Below, piece after piece: positions 57,894-64,000 of a stretch of 64,000 bases of DNA. The position numbers and the translations under genes were made by a program. Origin of the DNA: Eledone cirrhosa (taxonomy: Eukaryota); the NCBI GenBank assembly GCA_964016885.1, contig OZ024763.1:2666001-2730000 (forward strand), written 5' to 3'. The notes below the pieces were generated by a model. That model worked only from the letters and a program-made list of their open reading frames with translations, was not told where the DNA came from and made no database searches. How positions within the stretch are numbered: the stretch's first letter is position 1; each line of letters starts with the position of its first letter.

Positions 57894-59153
57894 ACATCTG
57901 TGTGTATATATATATATGTGTGTGTGTGTATAGATGTATTTATGTATGTATCTGTATATCTATATATCTCTCTCTATATATGTGTGTGTGTATATGTGTA
58001 TGTATATGAGTGTGTAAATATAAACTTACAAACTTTTATTTATATATGAAATATATAAAAGTTTGTATGTGTGTATATGTGTCGATGTATATGTATATAT
58101 GTGAGTGTGTGTGTGTATAGGTGTGACAGATAGATAGGTAGATATGTGTGTAACTATAGCTACAGGTGGTTTGTCAGTTGAAGCACTCAATACTGTTAGG
58201 AGGTTCCATCACATGTGGGGTTTATACCTCAGTGTACTCCAGTGTTAATGTGGCTGTAACATGTAGAGGGTAAATACATGTAAACAAGAAAGGTTTCTTA
58301 TATAGGCACAAGGCCAGCAGTTTTTGGGGGTAGGTAAAGTCAATTAAATCAATCCCAGTGCATGACTGGTACTTTATTTTATCGGCAAGTAAACAAGAAT
58401 AAAGTCAGTTTTGCTCCATAAATGAACTTTATTGAATATAACAATTGTTCCAATAAATACAGGGTGTTCCGAAAAAATGTATACACACTTTGATTACCTG
58501 TACAGAAAATATTTATTAGAATACTGTGGAAGATGACATGTTTTGGTTTATGTTATACATAAAATTATGCATCCTCGAAATATATATAATGAAATAAATA
58601 GAGATGATATAAGTATATATCTTTCATTTATTACTATTGTTATATATATCATCATCATCATCATCATCATCATCGTTTAACAGCCATTTTCCACGCTAGC
58701 ATGGGTCTGGACGGGAATTGTCCCACTTGTGGCAAGATTGGGTGTCTTGCTCAGGACTGTCTGGCGGGTTTTCTACGGCTGGATGCCCTTGCTAACACCA
58801 ACCACATTTACAGTGTGGACTGGGAGGTTTTACCTACAATATATATATATATATTTAATATAGAAATGGCTTCTACAGGACTAGAACTGTTTCATTCAGG
58901 AGAAATCATCGGGAATGAAACAGTTCTAATCCTGTAGAAGCCATTTCTATATTGAATATTTATATTCTATGTATCGAGTGCCTTACTTACTATTGTTACC
59001 CCTGATTGAACCTGGGATAAACTTATATATGAATGTATGTATAGTATATTTGGCAATATACCGTATGTTTAATTAAAAACATTTAGAAGACCATTCACTA
59101 TCAGTTTTAAAGTAGTGACTATGTCACTTCTTTTCGGCGAAAGAAAGGAGAGA

Positions 59154-59195
59154 AGCTGACAGTCTGTTTCACGCTGGTTGGCGTTCTTCAGAGCC
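59154..59195 (-). ncRNA. Canonical-looking type I hammerhead ribozyme motif
   Basis: Minus strand reads GGCT-CTGAAGA-ACGC-caacca-GCGT-GAA-ACAG-a-CTGT-C-AGCT. All three stems form and the cleavage triplet is GUC. Confidence 0.85.
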
Positions 59196-59276
59196 ATATA
59201 CTCCCCTGCATTCGATTATATATATTGGCGTAGGACAGAACAAAGGAGAGGCACAAAACAAAGAAAAGAATCCCCA

Positions 59277-59319
59277 GTCACTGAAGAGGTCACAGAATGT
59301 GTGACGAAAGAACTTTGAC
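59277..59319 (+). ncRNA. Minimal type I hammerhead ribozyme motif (same family as 30026)
   Basis: GTCA-CTGAAGA-G-GTCACA-gaatg-TGTGAC-GAAA-gaac-TT-TGAC. Confidence 0.75.
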
Positions 59320-59460
59320 AATATATGAACAACCGTCCGGTTGTGGAACCAACCAACGAACCGGAAATTTATAAATTTGTTGAAAAAATTTTTTAATTTA
59401 TAGTAAATTGGAGTGAAAGCAACTGGTGCATGTGTTTCTTATTGGCAACATGACCCTCCC

Positions 59461-59608
59461 ACTAGAAGAGGAAGACCAAGGTTAACGTATGTTGATGCCC
59501 TAAGGACAGACACTGGTCTATTGGAGACGCAGGACATGGCAGCGATAATGAGGGACAGAGACCGCTGGAGAGAACTCGTCCATGGATCTCGGGAATTTTA
59601 CCCGCCTT

Positions 59609-59610
<2 letters not shown>
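59461..59610 (+). mobile_element. RTE-like LINE ORF C-terminal fragment
   Basis: Peptide TRRGRPRLTYVDALRTDTG...MRDRDRWRELV*, fused to the 3' end of an HHR element. Confidence 0.7.
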
Positions 59611-59648
<38 letters not shown>

Positions 59649-60360
59649 CTGACACCAACATGGAATGGATAATAAACAATGATTTAATTACATTCAAACA
59701 TCTTATGGATAAAACAAAAACACAGAAAGACAAATCTAAATTAATTAAGACCACTTTAAAATAATTAGTATTCATAAATATATAATTACATCATAATTAG
59801 TATTTATGAAATAATAGACTAATGATAGTGTTTTATTTAGTAGTATAATAGAAATAGAAATACTATTTGTTTGAAATTTTTATTGGTCTCTCTTTTTTTC
59901 TTTAGTCACATTTTTATTTCACTTTTAAAATATCGTTCAATTGACGAGGTTTTTAAAGAAAATATTCTCCCCATTATCTATCTATCTATCTCTCTGCCCC
60001 TGTGGCTAATAAAGAAACATATCTATCTCTGTGCCCCTGTGGCTAATAAAGAAACATATCTATCTCTGTCTTTCTATCTATCTAGTCATCTATTTGTCTT
60101 TCTATTTATCTATATATTTCACTCTAGTTATCTCACTCTCTTTCTCTTTCTATCAGTCTCTCTCTCTCCCTCCCTCCCCCTCTCTCTCTATAATTTTACT
60201 CTTTATCTAATTTTATGAGCTCAAGGAATATATTGCTGGGCTCTCAATGATACATTATATAGAGAAGAATACATAAAAAAGGGTTATGTTTTCATTTACA
60301 AGGGCTAGAGAATCATTATAGTGAGGGATTCCTTAAATACTGTATAATGTGTGTGTGTAT

Positions 60361-60707
60361 CATCATCATCATCATCATTTCATTTTACGTCCGCTTTTTC
60401 CCTGCTTGCAAGGGTGGGATGGGAACTGATTCTGGCTTGATTTCTACAGCTGGATGCCCTTCCTAACACCAACCTCATTTACTGTGAGTGCTGGGTGCTT
60501 TTTTTGCCGTGGCACCTCCACGACCACTTTACAGTGGAATGATAGGGACCCCAGACCCTATCATCTCATTTCTACAGCTGAGTAAACTGGAGCAATGTGA
60601 AATAAAGTGTCTTGCTCAAGGAAACAACACATCACCCGGTCTGAGAATTGAACTCACAACCTTTCGATTGCAAGCCCAATACTCTAACCACTTAGCCATG
60701 TGCCTCC
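60361..60707 (-). mobile_element. tRNA-derived CORE-type SINE
   Basis: Reverse-complement copy of the 47823 family. Confidence 0.85.
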
Positions 60708-60731
60708 ATGCTTTTTCTTTGGAATTACCTA

Positions 60732-60818
<87 letters not shown>

Positions 60819-61317
60819 TATACACTCACATGCACATGTTTCTGCGTATGTGTTAGTAAGCTTCTTTTGCCTCGATTCAGTGTCAGAACTTATGAAACCC
60901 AGCTGTTTTGAGGGCTAGAGTTATAAAGCTGCTCTTTTGTATGAAAATCCCGTTTTTTTTTAGATATTATCTGTCAGGGGAAACATTTGAAACGGTTTTT
61001 CGAGGCTTTTCTACTGGGCCATGGCGGGTTTTCAAGCTGACTGCTTTCCCCGCTTCACTTCTTATCACTTGACATACTTCAGAGAGTGAGGTCGGAAATT
61101 ATAATAAATTCATATATTTATTTATATATATATATATATATAAAACAATATATATAAGTATGAAGTATGAATATATATATATATATATGTATGAATATAT
61201 AATTATAGATGTATATATATATATATATATCATCATCATCATAATCATTGTTGTTTTAACATCTGCTTATTTTGCTAGCAATACATATATGTATGTGTGT
61301 GTATGTGTATATACATA

Positions 61318-61360
<43 letters not shown>

Positions 61361-61452
61361 GTATACAAAAGGTAAACAGAAATAACAAAGCAAATGACAC
61401 AGTACAATGGAGAAATATATTATTAGTTTTACACTTGATATAGGAAAAGAGG

Positions 61453-61486
61453 CTTGAGGTTTCAGACACTAGTCCTTCATCAGAAG
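61453..61486 (-). ncRNA. Minimal hammerhead motif (family of 34468)
   Basis: Minus strand reads CTT-CTGATGA-A-GGAC-tagt-GTCT-GAAA-cc-TC-AAG. Confidence 0.7.
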
Positions 61487-61729
61487 GCAGAGCGAGAAAT
61501 TAAAGAAGAAATAGAAAGGCTGAGGATAAAAACAACAGGTCCATTCATGTTGTCATCTCTTGGAAAACTGTTGATGCTGATGTTTTGTGTATGATATACT
61601 TTCTTTTGGAAAGGTGATGATGGAGCACGTGTATCTGAAAGGGAAAATGAAACATATGAAACATTTTGTATATAGAGCTCTACGTGTGTGCATGCGTATA
61701 CATGTGTATACATGTATATATATATATAT

Positions 61730-62620
61730 CAGTAATACAGAAGACCTGACCTCCCACAGGAACAAGCCGAAGCTGAAGCATATAGACAATATGCCCCCAC
61801 CCCTCCCACTGCAAAGTGGACGTGGAGGTGCCACGGCAAAAAAGCACCCAGCCCACACTGTAAAGTGGTTGTGGAAGTTCCACGGCAAAAAAGCATCCAG
61901 CCCACACTGTAAAGTGGTTGTGGAAGTTCCACGGCAAAAAAGCACCCAGCCCACACTGTAAAGTGGTTGTGGAAGTTCCACGGCAAAAAAGCACCCAGCC
62001 CACACTGTAAAGTGGTTGTGGAAGTTCCACGGCAAAAAAGCACCCAGCCCACACTGTAAAGTGGTTGTGGAAGTTCCACGGCAAAAAAGCACCCATCCCA
62101 CACTGTAAAGTGGTCGTGGAAGTTCCACGGCAAAAAAGCACCCAGCCCACACTGTAAAGTGGTTGTGGAAGTTCCACGGCAAAAAAGCACCCAGCCCACA
62201 CTGTAAAGTGGTTGTGGAAGTTCCACGGCAAAAAAGCACCCAGCCCACACTGTAAAGTGGATGTGGAAGTTCCACGGCAAAAAAGCATCCAGCCCACACT
62301 GTAAAGTGGTTGTGGAAGTTCCACGGCAAAAAAGCACCCATCCCACACTGTAAAGTGGTCGTGGATTTTCCACGGCAAAAATGCACCGAGCCCACACTGT
62401 AAAGTGGACGTGTAGGCACCACGGAAAAAAAAAGCACCCAGCACTCACTGTAAATGAGGTTGGTGTTAGGAAGGGCATCCAGCTGTAGAAATCAAGCCAG
62501 AATCAGTTCCCGTATGAGCAAGACAAGGTCAGCCGACCGGACACTGCCCACAACAGGACAACCCGTCTAACCCATGCTAGCGTGGAAGAATCGATATAAA
62601 ACGGTGATGATGATGATGAT
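61730..62620 (+). mobile_element. RTE-type 3' end/UTR with ~13 copies of a 49-bp unit (unexpanded relative at 50365-50615 -)
   Basis: Starts cagtaatacagaagacc, matching the VIQKT codons near 24144. Then (cactgtaaagtggttgtggaagttccacggcaaaaaagcacccagccca)n at ~61807-62450, the conserved motif and an (ATG)n tail. Confidence 0.75.
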
Positions 62621-63791
62621 ATGAAAGTAGGCTAAAATGTTTTCTAAGGTCTACAGCGGAATGCAGTTTATTTTCACAAAGCCCTTATAGGATGCAACTG
62701 AGAGTAGATTTCATGGCCCCAACTCTAACGAGGCCATCATCAGTAAATTTCCATTTTATAGTTAACAATTACTCCCCCCTCCCTCTTGTCAAGCAATATT
62801 ATTATATATTGTTGAATGACTTTTAAAGTGTTTCTTTAATTAGTCTCTAATTACTATATATGTTAATTGTTGTAATTAGATCCTGCTTATTACATCATAC
62901 TTGTACAACTATCAATTAAGGTTTTGTGTTGCGGGCGGTTTAAGGGGTTTATAGTGCTGTGTGGGTGGGTTTCATAAGAAGCTTGTTTGGTAAGGATTGA
63001 ATGAAATGGGTAATAGTGGTTGGGTGGTGGTAGTGGTGGTGTTAGAAGTAGTGGTGGTGGTGGTATTAGTAGTAGTAGTGGTGGTGGTGGTGGTGGTGGT
63101 GGTATTAGTAGTAGTGTTAGTGGTTGTGGTGGTAGTGTTGTTTTTCATAAGGGTTGAATGGAATGGTTAGTAGTGGTTGGGTGTTGGTGGTGGTGTTAGA
63201 AGTAGTGGTGGTGGTGGTGGTGGTAGTGTTGTTGTTTTTTGATAATGGTTGAATGGAATGGGTAGTTGTGGTGGTGGTGGTGGTGGGGTTAGTGGCGGCA
63301 ATGTTGTTGATTGTGATGGCAATGATGATGATGAAAGTATTGGTGGTGTTGGTGGTGGTGGTGATGATGATGATGATGATGATAGTGTTGTTGTTTGTGG
63401 TAGTGGTAGTAGTGTTGTTGTTAGTGATGGTGTAGTGGTGGTATGGTGATGGTAATGGTGGTGGTGATAATGTTGGTAGTGGTTGTGGTAGCAGTGGTTG
63501 TGATGGTGTTGTTAGTAGTGTTAGTAGTGTTAGTAGTGCTAGCAGTGATGGTTGTTACCATCACTATAAATAAGGCTTAAACAATTAAAGTAACAAAGGG
63601 ATCTGACTGTTATATATTGCAACAACCCAATGACAATAATTACAACAGACCAACATTCATCCCCACTAATTAGCCCCACTAATTAACTCCACCAATTAAC
63701 AATATTAAAGATATCCTAGAAATTTCTTCAAATATTCCATACAAATTTTCAACCATCCTTCTTGTTGAATATAATCTTCTTCTTGTTCTGG

Positions 63792-63828
<37 letters not shown>

Positions 63829-64000
63829 TCCTTGCCTTTCTCTCTTTTACTATTCCCCCCCCCCCATCTCTCTCATACATAAAGGATAATGTAGGGATCA
63901 GCCTTTGTAAAACTTCATATTCATCATGGAGGTTCTTTGTGATGTAATAATGTCATATTTGGCTGTTATTTCTAGCAAGACAAGTGACACCACTAGGCCT

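Overview
Eukaryotic, gene-poor, AT-rich window made almost entirely of microsatellites, minisatellites and short transposon remnants. The repeat content suggests an octopod cephalopod intron or intergenic region; this is an inference from the SINE types and microsatellite density. No intact host protein-coding gene is supported, and almost every ORF in the track is a translation of simple repeats. Recognisable elements are tRNA-headed CORE-type SINEs, a second tRNA-like SINE family (some with clear TSDs), 3' ends of RTE, CR1/L2 and probable L1/Tx1 LINEs, Tc1/mariner-type MITEs, and TTAA/piggyBac-type MITEs carrying expanded satellites. The most striking signal is about 15 minimal type-I hammerhead ribozyme (HHR) motifs from several unrelated short (about 150-450 bp) elements, nearly all sitting in (TA)n tracts. 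Many of these elements start with a long fold-back palindrome, and many share a TYGAGTRC box about 60-105 nt downstream of the ribozyme. This looks like a diverse population of Penelope-like pLTR or retrozyme elements. All coordinates and pairings were read by eye and may be off by a few bases.
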